From positions 16,368,001 through 16,432,000 of the forward strand of contig CM126227.1 of NCBI GenBank assembly GCA_052327205.1: a DNA stretch of 64,000 nt, in the 5' to 3' direction. Both the position numbers and the translations under genes were made by a program. The notes under the pieces are model-generated. The model saw only the letters and a program-made list of their open reading frames with translations, did no database searches and had not been told where the DNA came from. This DNA is from Somniosus microcephalus. Its lineage: Eukaryota. This document shows positions 1-13,305 of the stretch, one piece after another; within the stretch, counting starts at the first letter, position 1, and each line of letters opens with the position of its first letter.

Positions 1-1754
1 ACAGAGCAGAGGCTTTGCACCGAAAACAAACTGTGACTACGTCCATACATCTGATATTCTTATATTTAGCCCCGATTGGTTTTCACCAGGCATTGACGGA
101 AGCTGGCGCACCAGCTGTCAACTTGTACGGAGCGATCTGCAACTTATCTGAACGGAGCACAAAATTAAGACTTTTTAAACAAAATGTACAACAGACTGAC
201 CATTGCGACATGCCACCAACCACACTGTGACAGCGGCAGACCTGGCTCAGCCGCTTGCCCTCGGTGCGATGGATTTGTTAATTATATTTGCTTATGCGGT
301 TATGGGGTTAAGTGATCGAGATTCCTTTCTCCACTCCTGTGGCTTATGGTGGGAAGCATGACTAAATGTCGCTACATTTTATCCACACGCTGTTTAAACA
401 AAGGCATTTAAGCACCTTTCTGGTTTTCATTGCGAAGATCGTGTGCGTGCGTGTGTGAAAGCTGCATTATGAGCTGTACTATTATATGTCTTGAAAGCAC
501 TGGTGTACTGCACGAGAACTAGCAGTCCTAGCAGAATGCAGTGCAAATAGAATATATTTACAAGCTATTTGGATTAACAATCCACAATATAATACAGAGG
601 CACAGCATTTTTAATCCTTTCACTGGCTCACTGAAATGCAATTATAGCACTAAATTATGGGTTTCATTACTTAAACACTTCCCGGAGCTTCATGATATAT
701 ATTGTAGAGATGTCAAGCATGTAATAAAGGCAGTGAAAGCACCTCTAAAGGGTTAGGGGCATCTCATCTGCCTGCCCTCTCAGTCAGCGACTGAAAAAAA
801 AAAATCACGCTGGCTACGGATGTTACAGAAATGTTTGCATCAGTTTAGGATTGCCACCCACTCAGTTTTACATTGGGCTGTCAGGCTCTGCTTGGAGTGC
901 ACTATCCAAAAATGTACTTCTTTTGATGTGGAGGTTATTAGGGGTTCCAATTAACTGTTAATGCCAGAAAAGCAAACTCAAGCCAAGATCCCAACGCTCC
1001 GTGTCCGCCCCCCCCCACCCCCATGCCACCTCTATCGTATCCCGTTTAGGTTTGGACTTGGCAAAAGAACCACACCACCTCACCTCTGTTTCCAGTTCAC
1101 AAAACTGCAACAGAGCGTTTGTTTTAGATGGTCAAAAGCCACCTTACTATAGTCCTTGAACGAAGGGCTGGACGTGTCTCTTGCTGACCCTGTACCCCAG
1201 TGAAGTCCCAGCCATGCTGCAACAGGTCTGGCGCTGCAGCATCCAAAGAAGCGAAGGCCACAGGGCACCAAGCCCTGAAGATCAGAAGGACATTTTACCA
1301 GTAGGCTTTGTTGGGAGCTGCAGCCTAATGGGAGGGAGCGGGGCCTTCTGCCGCTGCCCCAGGGGTTACGCTCACAGCCGTCTTGATGGTCCTTTGGGGG
1401 GGGGGGGGGGGGGGCCAGAACAGGGCAGCGATGGCATAGACGGGAAATGGGGTGCCTTGCTGGGCTCCACCATAATTTGCAGGCGGTGGGAGAGGAAAGG
1501 GGGAGGTGGTGCTAGGCCACACTGCCTCATGTTCCCGCTGTTTCCACTGCCATCCCATCCAATTTGGCGCAGGATACCAGAGGAGAATCCAGGTCCATAT
1601 CTCACTGGCATCCAGAGTAAGGAGGTACTGGGAATCATGTTGATATAATGTACATTGCCACATTTAGCCGAGATTAGTCTCTGACTTCCCAAAATATAAG
1701 GAACAATCCAAAGGCAGTTGAGAAAATTGGAAGTTCCTGTAAGTATTTCATAAA

Positions 1755-2448
1755 CTTGTGCATGTACATAGATCCCTGAAGGCAGCAGGACAGGTAGATA
1801 AGGTGGTTAAAAAGGCATATGCGATACTTGCCTTCATTAGCCGAGGCATAGCATACAAGAGCAGGGAGGTTATGATGGAGCTGTACAAAACGCTAGTTAG
1901 GCCACAGCTGGAATACTGTGTGCAGTTCTGGCCGCCACACTATAGGAAGGATGTGATTGCATTGGAGAGGGTGCAGAGGAGATTCACCAAGATGTTACCT
2001 GGGCTGGAGCGCTTCAGCTATGAAGAGAGACTAGACAGGCTGGGGTTGTTTTCCTTAGAGCAGAGAAGGCTGAGGGGGGACCTGATCGAGGTGTACAAAA
2101 TTATGAGGGGCATAGATAGGGTAGATAGAAAGGAACTTTTCCCCTTGGTAGAGGGGTCAATAACCAGGGGGCACAGTTTCAAGGTAAGGGGCAGGAGGTT
2201 TAGAGGGGATTTGAAGAAAATCTTTTTCACCCAGAGGGTGTTGGGATCTGGAACTCACTGCCTGAAAGGGTGGTAGAGGCAGGAACCCTAACAACATTCA
2301 AGAAGCATTTAGATGAGCACTTGAAATGCCATAGCATACAAGGCTACGGACCAAGTGCTGGAAAATGGGATTAGAATAGATAGGGCTTGATGGCTGGTGC
2401 GGACACGATGGGCCGAAGGGCCTATTTCTGTGCTGTATAACTCTATAA
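1755..2448 (+). mobile_element. CR1-clade LINE, 5'-truncated (ORF2 C-terminus and 3' UTR)
   Basis: ORF 1758-2276 has the CR1 signature LYKTLVRPQLEYCVQFW...LERVQRRFTKM...RRLRGDLIEVYK; typical 3' end gggccgaagggcc...tgtataactctat. Confidence 0.92.
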
Positions 2449-2495
2449 ACCCATTCTAAATGTTCTGATGACAAACTGTCTCCTTTGTGGCTTAC

Positions 2496-2624
2496 CTTTG
2501 TGTCTTGCAAAATATCGTCCAAGTACAATCAGCAGGCACAGAATGGCAAATACAACCACAGCAACCACTCCTCCGATGACAGCATGGTCTACAGACCTCG
2601 GAACTTCTGTGCCTGCTCTCGAGT
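2496..2624 (-). CDS. CADM1: CADM1 transmembrane exon, 129 nt
   Basis: ttaacctgacag|AC TCG AGA...CAC AAA G|gtaagc; (D)[42 protein letters not shown](G): TM helix with AVIGG motif and start of the protein 4.1-binding motif. Not in the ORF track. Confidence 0.96.
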
Positions 2625-4499
2625 CTGTCAGGTTAAAAGCAAGAAATCTGTGTCAGAAACATTTTACATTGCCAAAGATGAAGTGACTGGGACTCAGCAA
2701 ACAGGTCATTCAAAAAGAATGTTTCCTGTCACATCTCCCTTAAGAACAAGGAAACGCATCAAGAAGCAAAGATACTTCCCCCCCCACCGCCCCTCTTTGC
2801 AACAGAATGATTTTCTTTTAGAATTACATGCAGCTTTTAAACAGTCCCGTGCCGTTGCAAATTGACATGGTGCTGCATTTCTCTTTTTTATTGCTTTAGT
2901 TTCTCAAAGCTATGAATAATTTTGTACAGACTAAAGCAAGGACCAAATGGCTCGAATCATTCACAAATATTAACTGCAGATGACTAGAATATAGCCAAAT
3001 ATCATCAACACAGATGATAACACATGCATTTAACTGCTTGGCATCTGTCGGTGTGGTTCTGAAGAATGGCCGCTGTTGCTGTTCATCAACAAGTAATAAA
3101 GGCATGAAATATGAGCAGGTTGATGCAGTAAGTTAGTGAGATTCAACTCGGTGTTGTCACCAGCATTTCAGTAAGGTGCAATAATGGGCATGTGACATTT
3201 TCACACAATGTCCGTTTGAATTGCAAAAAGAAAAAAATACCCCAGCAGCTGTACAATTATAGATCTTGTCCCTTCAAACTTGGGTTGTGTCTGAAGAGAG
3301 TACCTTGAGGTATAGAACACCAGAAGTAAATTACTGCCGATTACAGGTGGGAGCAATTTGAGGTGATGAATTAAGAGCACTGGCACAACACTGGAGCACA
3401 TTGGGCATTGCTAACAATACATTAAATGAGCCCAGTAACAGTACTGCAACAGATACAACACTAAATTAGAATCAGAATGCAGGAAACCATAATTTTGCTA
3501 GTCGCAGAAGGCTTTCTTTCAAACCCAATGATGAAAAGTAGAAACAAAGACAACATAAAGTATTGCACCGTCCAGAAGATTTACTGTCTTTAAAACATAC
3601 CAGTAACAGCTCAGAGAAAATATTCTGACTTTTAAATCATTTTTAGTTCATACCTAGCAAGCCGTCACCTAAATCTCAGTATGTAATAGTACTTGGTCAA
3701 TAAATCTATCCTGATCCCAGTGCTGAAGGAAGTGATAGATATTAACTTAACCCATACATAAAATGTGCAAGTATTCATCAGTTAATTTTAAAGATGATTT
3801 ATATCGATCCTCCTGAAGATAACAGAAAATCCTTTCAAGGCGGACTACTGTGTATAATAATATTGGAAGTTTATTGATCAGGTGTAGAGAAGTGTGACAA
3901 CTAAAGGTGATGCTGCAGCTCTGTGGCAAGGACCTGATTCATCACTTTCCCGAGAATTTATACCTTCTACATTCTATCAATTTACCGTCTAAATTAATAG
4001 TAATTGATTTCAGTATACTAAACTTTAGCCTCCTGAAAATTCTTTCAAATACATAGTGGAAAGCCTTATGTAGCAGGCTAAGGGTTAAAATTTAATTTTT
4101 TTTAAAAACCCAGCAAGTATATTCATTCAGAAATGATGGGATTGTCGCGTTTGTGTAAAAATGACATCAAGAAGATAAGCATGGTTGGAGGTTGGCCTCT
4201 TGATACTTAAAAGTAACCAGTAGTGCTGGTGGAAAGGTAAATAAAACACTGATGAAATGCCCTAAGTATAATGATAGTTATACAAATTCCAAGATGGGAA
4301 TGAGAGTCAAATTTCTATCTCAACTAAAAGCAGTTTTACCGTTAGCAACCTGGAAGAGCAATGCCAACGTGTCCTACATTTGTATTGCTGCCTTCCGCTG
4401 GTCAATGTGTCTATAGTTCTTGGCCAGGCCATTAGGAAATGGAGTTCAGAGAGGGAAAAGGTAGAGGGGGTGGAGCAGCAACTTCACGTCAGATTGGTC

Positions 4500-4870
4500 G
4501 AGTGAGGTGGTTATCGATTCAAGCTCGTACATAATCTAGGCTGACATTTTAATGCAGCACTTTTAGTGCAGACTGCATTGTCAGAAGTGCCACCTCTTTG
4601 TGCGAGACGTTAAACTGAGGCTCGTCTGCAGGTGGACGCATCCCATGGTAGTATTCGAAGTGCATGGATGATCTCTTGGTGTCCTGGCCAGCACACATCC
4701 CCTCAGCCAACATCACCAAAAACTGACCAACTAGTCATTTATCGCATTTGCTGTTGACGGGCCTTTGCTGTGTGCAAATTGACAGTACTTCAAAAAAAGT
4801 ATCTCATTGGCCGTGAAATGCTTTGGGGCAACCTGAGGACATGAAAGGCACTATACAAAAGCAAGTTCTT
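4500..4870 (+). mobile_element. Degraded SacSINE1/Deu-type SINE
   Basis: Diverged match to the copies at 5431 and 36307 (ctaggctgaca...gtgcc...ttaaactgagg...gaaaggcactatacaaaagcaagt). Confidence 0.65.
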
Positions 4871-4893
4871 TTTCAGCCACCAACATGGAGCTA

Positions 4894-5191
4894 CAGGAAA
4901 CTTTCGATTAACCGGTCCCTAAATAACCGGAAATGTCGGTTTCAGGTAAGTTTTATAACTTTTATTACTTGCACAGCCACAAATGGAGGAAGGCAAGGGT
5001 TTGGCTGCAGCTGTTGCTAAGCTACAGAGACGCTTGCAACTTGTGGACGTTCTTCTGAAGCTGTTGCTAAGCAACAGGGTTTGTTGCTTTATACGGAGCT
5101 CTGAGCTCCGTCTAGCGTTCGGTTATCCGGAATTGTTGTTGAACCGGCACCACGTTGGTCCCGTCCGTGCCGGATACCAGAAAGTTTCCTG
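4894..5191 (+). mobile_element. Tc1/mariner-type MITE, copy A
   Basis: TA|CAGGAAACTTT...AAAGTTTCCTG|TA terminal inverted repeats with TA duplication; inverted homologue at 45635-45955. Confidence 0.85.
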
Positions 5192-5244
5192 TACATGGAA
5201 CACAGATGTGAAGTCAGAGACCATCTTAAGTCAAGTGGTTGCAG

Positions 5245-6030
5245 GTACGGTAGCATAGTGGTTATGTTACTGGACTGGTAATCCAAAGACATGGACTAAT
5301 GATACGGAGGCATGAGTTCAGATCCCACCACGGCATGTCCTTTAGGGAAGGTAATCTGCCGTCCTTACCTGGTCTGGCCTATATGTGGCTCAAGACCCAC
5401 AGCAATGTGGTTGACTCTCAACTGTCCCCTGTCAGCTGTGGCACAGTTGGTAGCAGCCTCGCCTCTGAGTCAGAAAGTTGTGGGTTCAAGTCCCACTCCA
5501 GGGACTTGAGCACAAAAATCTAGGCTGACACTCCAGTGCAGTACTGAGGGAATGCTGCACTGTCGGAGGTGCCGTCTTTCAGATGAGATGTTAAACCGAG
5601 GCCCCGTCTGCTCTCTCGGGCGGATGTAAAAGAGTAGGGGAGTTATCCCCGGTGTCGTGGCCAATATTTCTCCCTCAACCAACATAACAAAAACAGATTA
5701 TCTGGGCATTTTCACATTGCTGTTTGTGGGAGCTTGCTGTGTGCAAATTGGCTGCCGCGTTTCCCACATTACAACAGTGACTCCACTTCAAAAAACACTT
5801 TGAGACATCCGGTGGTCGTGAAAGGCGCTATAGAAATGCAAGTCTTCCTTCCTTCCTTTGAAGTGGCCTAGCTAGTTGTAGCAAACCGCTACAAAATATA
5901 ACAGCACTGTGGGAGTACCTTCACCACATGGACTGCAGCGGTTCTCCACCTTCTCGAGGGCGATTAGGGATGGGCAATAAATGCTGGCTTAGCCAGTGAC
6001 GCCCACATCCCGTGAACGAATAACAAAAAA
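5245..6030 (+). mobile_element. tRNA-headed SINE interrupted by a nested SacSINE1-type SINE
   Basis: A-box-like ggtagcatagtggtta and B-box-like gagttcagatccc; body resumes at about 5859 and ends gcccacatcccgtgaacgaataacaaaaaaa. Confidence 0.65.
5431..5858 (+). mobile_element. SacSINE1/Deu-domain-type SINE, near full length
   Basis: tRNA-like head (tggcacagttgg...ggttcaagtccc), Deu-like core (ctgcactgtcggaggtgccgtctttcagatgagatgttaaaccgagg), L2-like tail aaggcgctatagaaatgcaagt; about ten copies in the window. Confidence 0.85.
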
Positions 6031-9000
6031 AAGGTGGACAGTTTGGAAGCAGTAGAAAAATGTAGAGGAAAATTGTGTATATATTCCAAGGTACTCAAAC
6101 CGCCTGTAATTTAATGCTGAAAGTAACCTAGTCATATTGCACACCCTACATCATCAAATTGATATTCTGACAGGTCACACCTTCAACTGGCAAACTGCCA
6201 TCATAACTTCCAGGGAAATAATTGAAACTATACTTTACAACCTTACTTGTATCATAAACCAGGATATACTGCTCTGAATTTAATCAGTAATCGAATCTCA
6301 GATTTCATTTGACAAGTCTTAGCCACTCGATGCAATGATAGAACAAAATGAGTAAATTTGAGGTTATAATGAATGGTGCTGCCTTTCTGGTTACATGGTT
6401 GAGTATGCAAAAATGCCCTTCCAAACATACCTACTCTCATGGGTCACTATCTTAACCCTCAAATTGATAAGTGAGGGCTACAACTTGTCAATGTTCATGT
6501 AATTCAGACACTTTTGTACCAATGTATATATTAAAAATGCTATTCAACAGGAGGGCTTAGGAGGTTTTGGCAAAGATATTGTAATTCTGGCAGACAGTAA
6601 AACTGACATCCGATTCTACATTTTTCCATCAATTTAATTAATGGGTTGAGTTACATGAGCAAATTTTCAGCAGAAAATGCATTTAATCAGGTGCAAACTG
6701 TCACAATAAATGTGCAGTAAAGATCACCCCGAACCTGATGGCTTTGTGGGGGGAAGTACATTGTGCAGTGTGGCACTGCAATGTGGCAGGTTTGATCCCT
6801 GGTTTGGGCGGATATAGTTGACCAGAGTCAGGGCATTAGATGGGACTTTCCATTTGACCTCAAGAAACTCAGACTGGGAAGGGGAGGTGGTGTGCAAGAG
6901 GGCTGTTTCTGATCCCCATCCAGCAAACCCTGCTCAAAAATATGAGTGGAGGGATACGTGGAGAATTCCAGATCAGGCTCTACTCCATGGTTGATCATTC
7001 TGCCAACACTCGGTGTCTAGTTTCCATACACAAAGGTAGGCCACTCGGATGAGCTGCTGGAGTGCTACCTCTTTCTCTAACCCCAGCAGCTGCTCCCTGG
7101 CATTGAGTCCTTGCTCCTCCCTGGAGGATCTATCCTAACCCGAGTCCCTGCTCGCATGAAAGGATGGGTAAAGAAAGATAAACTGGAGGGTGAAGAGTGA
7201 GCAGGATTCCCCCAGCCCTCCCATCCACAAATAATAATTGCAATAATTCATCTTCAAAGGATATTATAATACATTCGCTACACGAAACATGCCGATTGCT
7301 GGCAAGAAGCAAACAAACCCGCAGAATAAAGCTGCCCACAACTGATAATCACATACGCTTTATAACATTAATTCTTTTTTTTAAAAAAGGAGCAGATGCA
7401 ACCGGAGCGAGTTTAGGTCTGGAATCCCATCTTGGGGTTGAGCTGACTTTAAAAGCCGTGTCCCTGTTTCCAGACTCACCTGAACCCCTCCATGATTTAC
7501 TGCCTTTACCATCTCCAGCAGCGGAATAAATATAAAACTGAACATTCCTGTGAACTGTGCAAAAAAACCCTAATCTTGAAAACATATGTCCTTCAATAAC
7601 ACCTCTGCAGACTTATAAGTGCAGCATCCAGAGCCATGTTGCTAAACTTGCCATTCGAGAAACAAATGCGGTTTGGTATTTAAACTCTAGTTTCTTTAAG
7701 ATTAAATCCGTTGCACAATTCCAGTCATAATACCTTCAGGCTCTTCCAGGGCTAATGTTTAACTTCTGTTTTGGTTTAAACAGTAATGGCATTACATGGA
7801 AGTACTACGCCTACATGTTAACACAAACATTTTTCCTTTGCTACCTAAACGATATCACCAGAATTCACATTAAACATTTTCAAAGTGACAAAATCATGAA
7901 GCAGGTTTTTGAAGTGAAGCCAGTTTTTATTTTATTTTTAAACCCAACCAATCTGAGACGCAGATTGGAATGTGCCTTCTGTGCCATTATTTATTTGTTA
8001 GTTTATAAATCAATAGAAAAAATTCAATAAAGTTGGAGACTACAAAACTAAAAATGACATTTAATTTGTAGCTCATGGACTCGATGCATTTATTTAAATA
8101 AGGATTGCTAATTTCAATTTTGCAGAACAAACCAGGTGTGAATTTATTTAATCTTTCATACACTCGCTGCAGGAAGAATTTTTGTTTCAGTTGAAAAGTC
8201 TGCAGATTAAGTGGGTAACTCTGATTTATCTAAAACAAGCTTAAAATAAGTTTGCTACCGGATGGAACACCTCGGAGGTGAATATTCCATTTGAGGGTTC
8301 TGTGTCTACAACATCTGGAACAGCTCCTGCACCTCTGTTGGCCTCAGACACAGTGCAGGCATGATAACTTCATGTCCTACAAATTTGGAGAAATGTCAGC
8401 AAACAACTGTTGCTGTTGTGCACATCCTTACGGATAACTAGAGGTGTTTGTGGGGGTGGTTCGACCTGCCTCAGACCAGCAGGAGTCTCACCTCAGGATC
8501 TCCGTCTCACATTTTCTCTTTGTCTTCTCTCGAACGCAGGAGAACACTCTGGACACAAAGCTACACCAGCATATGCAGCAGAACTGAAAGGACTCCATTA
8601 AAACTAAGATTGGCCTTGATTCTGTTTTTTTGGGATGAGTTGGGGGTGGGGGGGGGGGGGGAAGGAAAGAGAGAGAGAGAGAATTACACATTGCGTGTCC
8701 TACACACAAAGATATTGAACTGGTAACCCCATCTTGAGTGTTCAAGGTGATTGAATTGTTTTGGCCTGCCCATAATCCTGTTGTAGGCATCTCTGAAATG
8801 TTACTGGAGATTTTAGAAGAGTTAGTTGGAAGCAGCCCAAGAACTGGCGCTCCACTTCAATGGCATCATCATCAGAGACCCAGAATGACTTCTGCCCCCT
8901 TCCAAGTCTAGGGGTGGCTCAGTGCCTTGGAACGCAATCAGCTAACTCAGCACACCAAGGATTAGTCTGCGTGCCTCAGTGCCACATCATGTGCAGGCGC

Positions 9001-9617
9001 AGTTACCATCTCAGCCATCAAGGGAGCAGCTCTAACAAATCTTAGGCAGTTTCTTTTTTCACAGCAGGAATTCTTCTTTGAGATATTTTATCATGTTTCC
9101 AATTTTTGTTCTTGGTTTTTCATCCTTTGCTTCATCTTGCATTAGCTTAGAGACCCAAGAGCAGGGTGCATCTCCTCGTTCCCTCCTTCAGCTCTTTATC
9201 TGTAGCTTTCTTCACATTCCTCCTTCTAAATAATATTACTTTTTAAGTTCAGATATTATAAATCATTGGGTACCTTCTGCTCTTTCCTTATATGCTTTTC
9301 ATATTTTCTCTTTCCCAACACGATAGGCTTTCCCTGTGTTGGCTTTTCTCTCAATTTCCCTTCGCATTCTCTCCAAGGGTTCCATTCTATGTTCTTGGTT
9401 CTCTTTTCCTCGTCTGTGCTTTCCCTTAAGGATTCTTCATAATGCAGAATGCCCTCTCGCCAATCAGCTTTCTTCTTATTCCCAGGGACTTGTCCTTGTT
9501 TGCTTGCTCTCATTTTCCTTCTCTCCCTGTGGCACTATTCCGTCAGGTATCAGCTATCCCAAGTGGCTGCTTTCCATCCGAGTCTCTCTACTCATTGCCT
9601 TCTTCCTTTATTCCTTC

Positions 9618-9728
9618 TTCCCACATTACAACAGTGTCTACACTTCAAAAACCACTTCAATGGCTGTAAAGCGCTTTGAGACGTCTGGTGGACGTGAAAG
9701 GCGCTATATAAATGCAAGTCTTTCTTTC
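9618..9728 (+). mobile_element. 3' fragment of SacSINE1-type SINE
   Basis: ttcccacattacaacagtg...aaaggcgctatataaatgcaagtctttctttc. Confidence 0.75.
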
Positions 9729-10929
9729 TATGTATTTGACATTCTTCACCCTGCGCATCAGGTTCTTTGTCCTTTTCTAAATTTCCTTATTGTTCCAATA
9801 CCTCTTAACTTCTTGCCTTGGCTGTGTTCCTTCTGGGTTGTATGCTTTTTGTTGTCTCCCATAATCATGTTTCCCCCTCATATGCATTGCCTCGTGTCTT
9901 CACCTCCTTTGTAGACAACCTTCGTCGGCATTTTTCCATCCTAATCTTCCTAGATGCCTTCAGCAGGGTGCTGTGATAATGGCCCCAGCCAAGTTTCTTT
10001 AGTGATCTTAAAGACCTCAGCGGTGCTTCAAAATCCAGAAAACCTTGAGGAAGCCTCCACTGCTGTATATATCAGAGTGATATAAACATAGAAGAACTCA
10101 GTCAGGATCACTTGGGCGCCTACTTTCCTATATTTGCTAATCTGAGTGGAAACCATGTTTTGTATTCATGGTTTTTCCACTAATTATAGGAAACGGATAT
10201 ACCCAGCAATAAGTAGGAAAGATCCATTGCATGTCAGTGACACAAGTGAAAGTGTTTTATTTAACAGATCACTGGAGATGAAATGCAACAATAGATACCT
10301 ATTGAAAAATGTAACAGTAATGCAAATATATTAGCTTATGCTTGAGAATTAGTTTTTTCTAACCTTAGATGCATATAACTTTGACTCAAATCGAAAGGAT
10401 ACAAGTGAGCCAGTAACCAAGACCAACCAAAGCATTATAGAAATGTTGAAGCCCAAAGTTCACTGAATTGAAGGGGCCATGACGATTTACTTGGAAGCTC
10501 CAATTCAGGTATATTGGCAATTGAACCTCAAGTTCATAGAGGGGCCTTTCACCTGGCTGTTTGCGCTCCGCCTCAAATCACAATACAGGCATGTATATCC
10601 AGCTGTCATTTTGAATGACCTTCTGACGCTCCTTGTACTGCATCGAGAGTTTCAATGTGCCGCACTCCCAACTGGTGGGATGCCAGTATATGCCTGTCGC
10701 CCTGAGCACACTGCTACATTAAGAATATGTCTGAAGCAAGAAAATGCCATTCGATCTCTTGAAGCCCACTGCCATGTATAATATTCGATCATGGACTTTA
10801 TCTTCTCCCCCCCCCACCTCCTGTTGATCCCCTAAACTCATTACCCTAACTCCCTTGAGGAGGAGGAGGTGGGGAAATCAAACTATGGCAGGGAATGGAG
10901 CAGGCACTTCAGAGGCAGCATCACCCCAA

Positions 10930-12151
10930 AAACAACAACAGAAAATGCTGGAATAACTCAGCAGGCCAGGCAACATCCGTGGAGAGAAAATAGAGTCAAC
11001 GTTTTGAGTCAAACTCTTTGTCAAGACTGGAAAGGCACAGGAAATAAAATAGATTGAGAGGCCAGACTGGGAGAGAACAAAAGAGAAGTGAAGAGACATT
11101 GGCCTAGAAATTCGGTGGGCTGCGCCACCAGTTAGCGCCTAAAGAGGGCACTCAGTGGCTTTAGCGCCACTGGCCGTGCCTCCCGCGATATTTAGCGGGG
11201 CGCTAATGGCGGCATTAGCCTGTAGCGCTGCGCCCCGCTACCGCCCCGATCGCGATATTTGGTAGCGCCCGCTTCTGTAACGCCGTTCGCAAATCGCGCC
11301 CGGTTCACGGGGCCTACCTGTGGCGGTAGTGGCGCAAATTAAGGTGGAGGTGCGGGGCGGCCATTTTTTTCGGTGGCCGCCTGCCAGCACCTCCGTCCCC
11401 GGCCTCCTGATCCCCCCCCCGGGCAGTGCCGGCTGTGTCCCGAGAGCCCGGCACTTCTCCTCGGTGCCGGGCTCTTTTGCCGGCACTCGCGATCGGTCAT
11501 CGCGCTGGTGCAGGCCCCTCACCCTTAAGGGAAGGCCTGCAGTACCGCGGCACTGCGGCACGTTGCGTTGCGATATTCAGTTTCAGCGCCCCAAGAGGGA
11601 CGCGGGGCGCCTCGAGCAGCGCCCCGCGTCCCTCTTGGGGCGCTCAAGCTGAATTTCCGGCGGGCGCAACGGCTCCGATTGCAGCGGTAATTCCGGCGCC
11701 CAGGCGAGCTTGGCGCCCCGTTTGGGGCTCCACCGAATTTCTAGGCCATTAAGAGGTATTCAAAACCAGACGAGATGGCGGAGGACTAGTGGAGACAAAA
11801 GACGGCTCTAGATTAGGTGTGAAATGCGCTGGCAGAATGAGAGACAGCTGCCATGTGGGTGAGAGAAAAAAGGGGGAAGGGGGGGAGGAAAAGGGCCAAA
11901 ACAAAGGTGGGGATAAAAAATAAGTAAAAATGTAATGGGGGCCGAGGTTATGATCTGAAATTGTTGAACTCGATATTGAGTCCGGAAGGCTGTAAAGTGC
12001 CTAATCGGAAGATGAGGTGCTGTTCCTCGAGTTTACGCTGAGCTTCCGTGGAACAATGCAAGAGCCCGAGGACGGTGAGGTCCGAGTGGGAATGGGGCGG
12101 TGAATTAAAATGACAGGTGACCGGAAGCTCGGGGTCATCCTTACGGACTGA
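10930..12151 (-). mobile_element. Penelope-like retroelement 3' fragment (GIY-YIG endonuclease C-terminus, 3' UTR, pLTR), interrupted by a MITE
   Basis: Minus 12151-11948 translates SVRKDDPELPVTCHFNSPPHSHSDLTVLGLLHCSTEAQRKLEEQHLIFRLGTLQPSGLNIEFNNFRS* (HF...E..LI..LGT..P.GLN, typical of the PLE endonuclease end); pLTR-like sequence at 10930-11030. Confidence 0.85.
11101..11747. mobile_element. PIF/Harbinger-type MITE, GC/CpG-rich, probably young
   Basis: Perfect 18-bp TIR GGCCTAGAAATTCGGTGG / CCACCGAATTTCTAGGCC; 3-bp duplication ATT on both sides. Confidence 0.85.
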
Positions 12152-13305
12152 AAATCACCCCAAGTTGCCTTTCTCCTGTATCTTCAGAGAGGCTGCCAGA
12201 GGCCACGGATTAGGTCATTTGGCTTCTTGGCCAGAAATGGTGCAAGAACACCCAAGAAAGTGAAGAGAGACTGTAAATAGAGAACCACATTTTTTTCCTT
12301 GTGCACATTTAGAGATATGAAGTGAGTATAATGTGGCTGCAGTGATTCAAACCATTAGAACAAAACCCTCAGTCAGTACCCCTTATTTCCAGATAACTAG
12401 CATGTTTGAACAGATATTCTTTATACTCAATGCTCTACAGCATGATTAAATGATTTTTTTTTTAGTAACATGAAATTGCACCTTGGTGAAATACAATTTA
12501 TCACATTAAAACTATATTTAATTTCAGCAATTGACACAACATTGTCGTTAATAAATAGCTGCAACTTGAGCAGAACATTTTCTGACAGCACTGTTTCTAT
12601 TATTGCTTTCTTCAGGGAACCTAATGAAATTAACAACACTTCTCTTTCTTAGATGGTAGATTTATGCTTCACAACCCTGCTTTTGCTTGGCCTCCTGACT
12701 TCTAATCCACTTGTGTCAAAGACAAGGAATCTTGGCATAGAATATTAAGATGTTTACACACTAGAGTATGTTGGCCTCTGTGAGCAACAACTTTGGGGAG
12801 AAAATAGAAAGTCTCAAAAGGTGTCAAAGGTTTGTCATCTTGAATTTGAATAGTTTTCACAGACAGAAGCCTGAAGCTATATTTAATTCCATGCAAGTCT
12901 TATTTATTTTCACATCACTTGGTGCGGGCTGCTATTGCAGCAATCTAATTAGTTTGTTGTCCCCACTTTCTCTTCTAAAGCCACTGAACTCTGCTAGGGT
13001 ATGGATCCAACTGTGGCCTCACTCAAAGTGGCCATTCTTCATGCGTGAGCCCACATGCTCTAGTGCTGGCAGCCAATTCAATGCTGGAAGGTTATCGAAT
13101 GCGGAGTTGGATTCTGTTCGTACCCAATGTCCAAAGGAGCAGGAGGTGCTGGATTGCTATCAGGAGCAGGAAGCCTGGCTGATTGTCTCCCCACCCACCG
13201 TTTTACCCAGGAACACGGAGTCAGTTGCAGCAGCTAACTCAGCACAGATCAGGGAGTGAATCTGCAGCCTTGTTCACCGAGTAGTGCCTTCACCCAGTAA
13301 GCCGT

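Noticed and set aside
1181-1692. Overlapping 106-155 aa ORFs in a GC-rich patch
   Set aside because: Driven by a poly-G run; no homology recognised; possibly an unclassified repeat.
5431-5510. tRNA-like sequence
   Set aside because: SINE head, not a tRNA gene; no full cloverleaf and it continues into the SINE body.
6760-7135. Old dispersed repeat also hinted at ~8780-9030, 12990-13300, 18840-19160, 29500-29900 and 60360-60720
   Set aside because: Too degraded to bound or classify reliably without alignment.
9336-9914. 192-aa hydrophobic ORF
   Set aside because: Pyrimidine-rich low-complexity sequence running through a SINE tail; no recognisable domain.
11238-11752. Three overlapping ORFs and a CpG island-like region
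   Set aside because: Stop-poor GC-rich MITE interior, not a gene or promoter.
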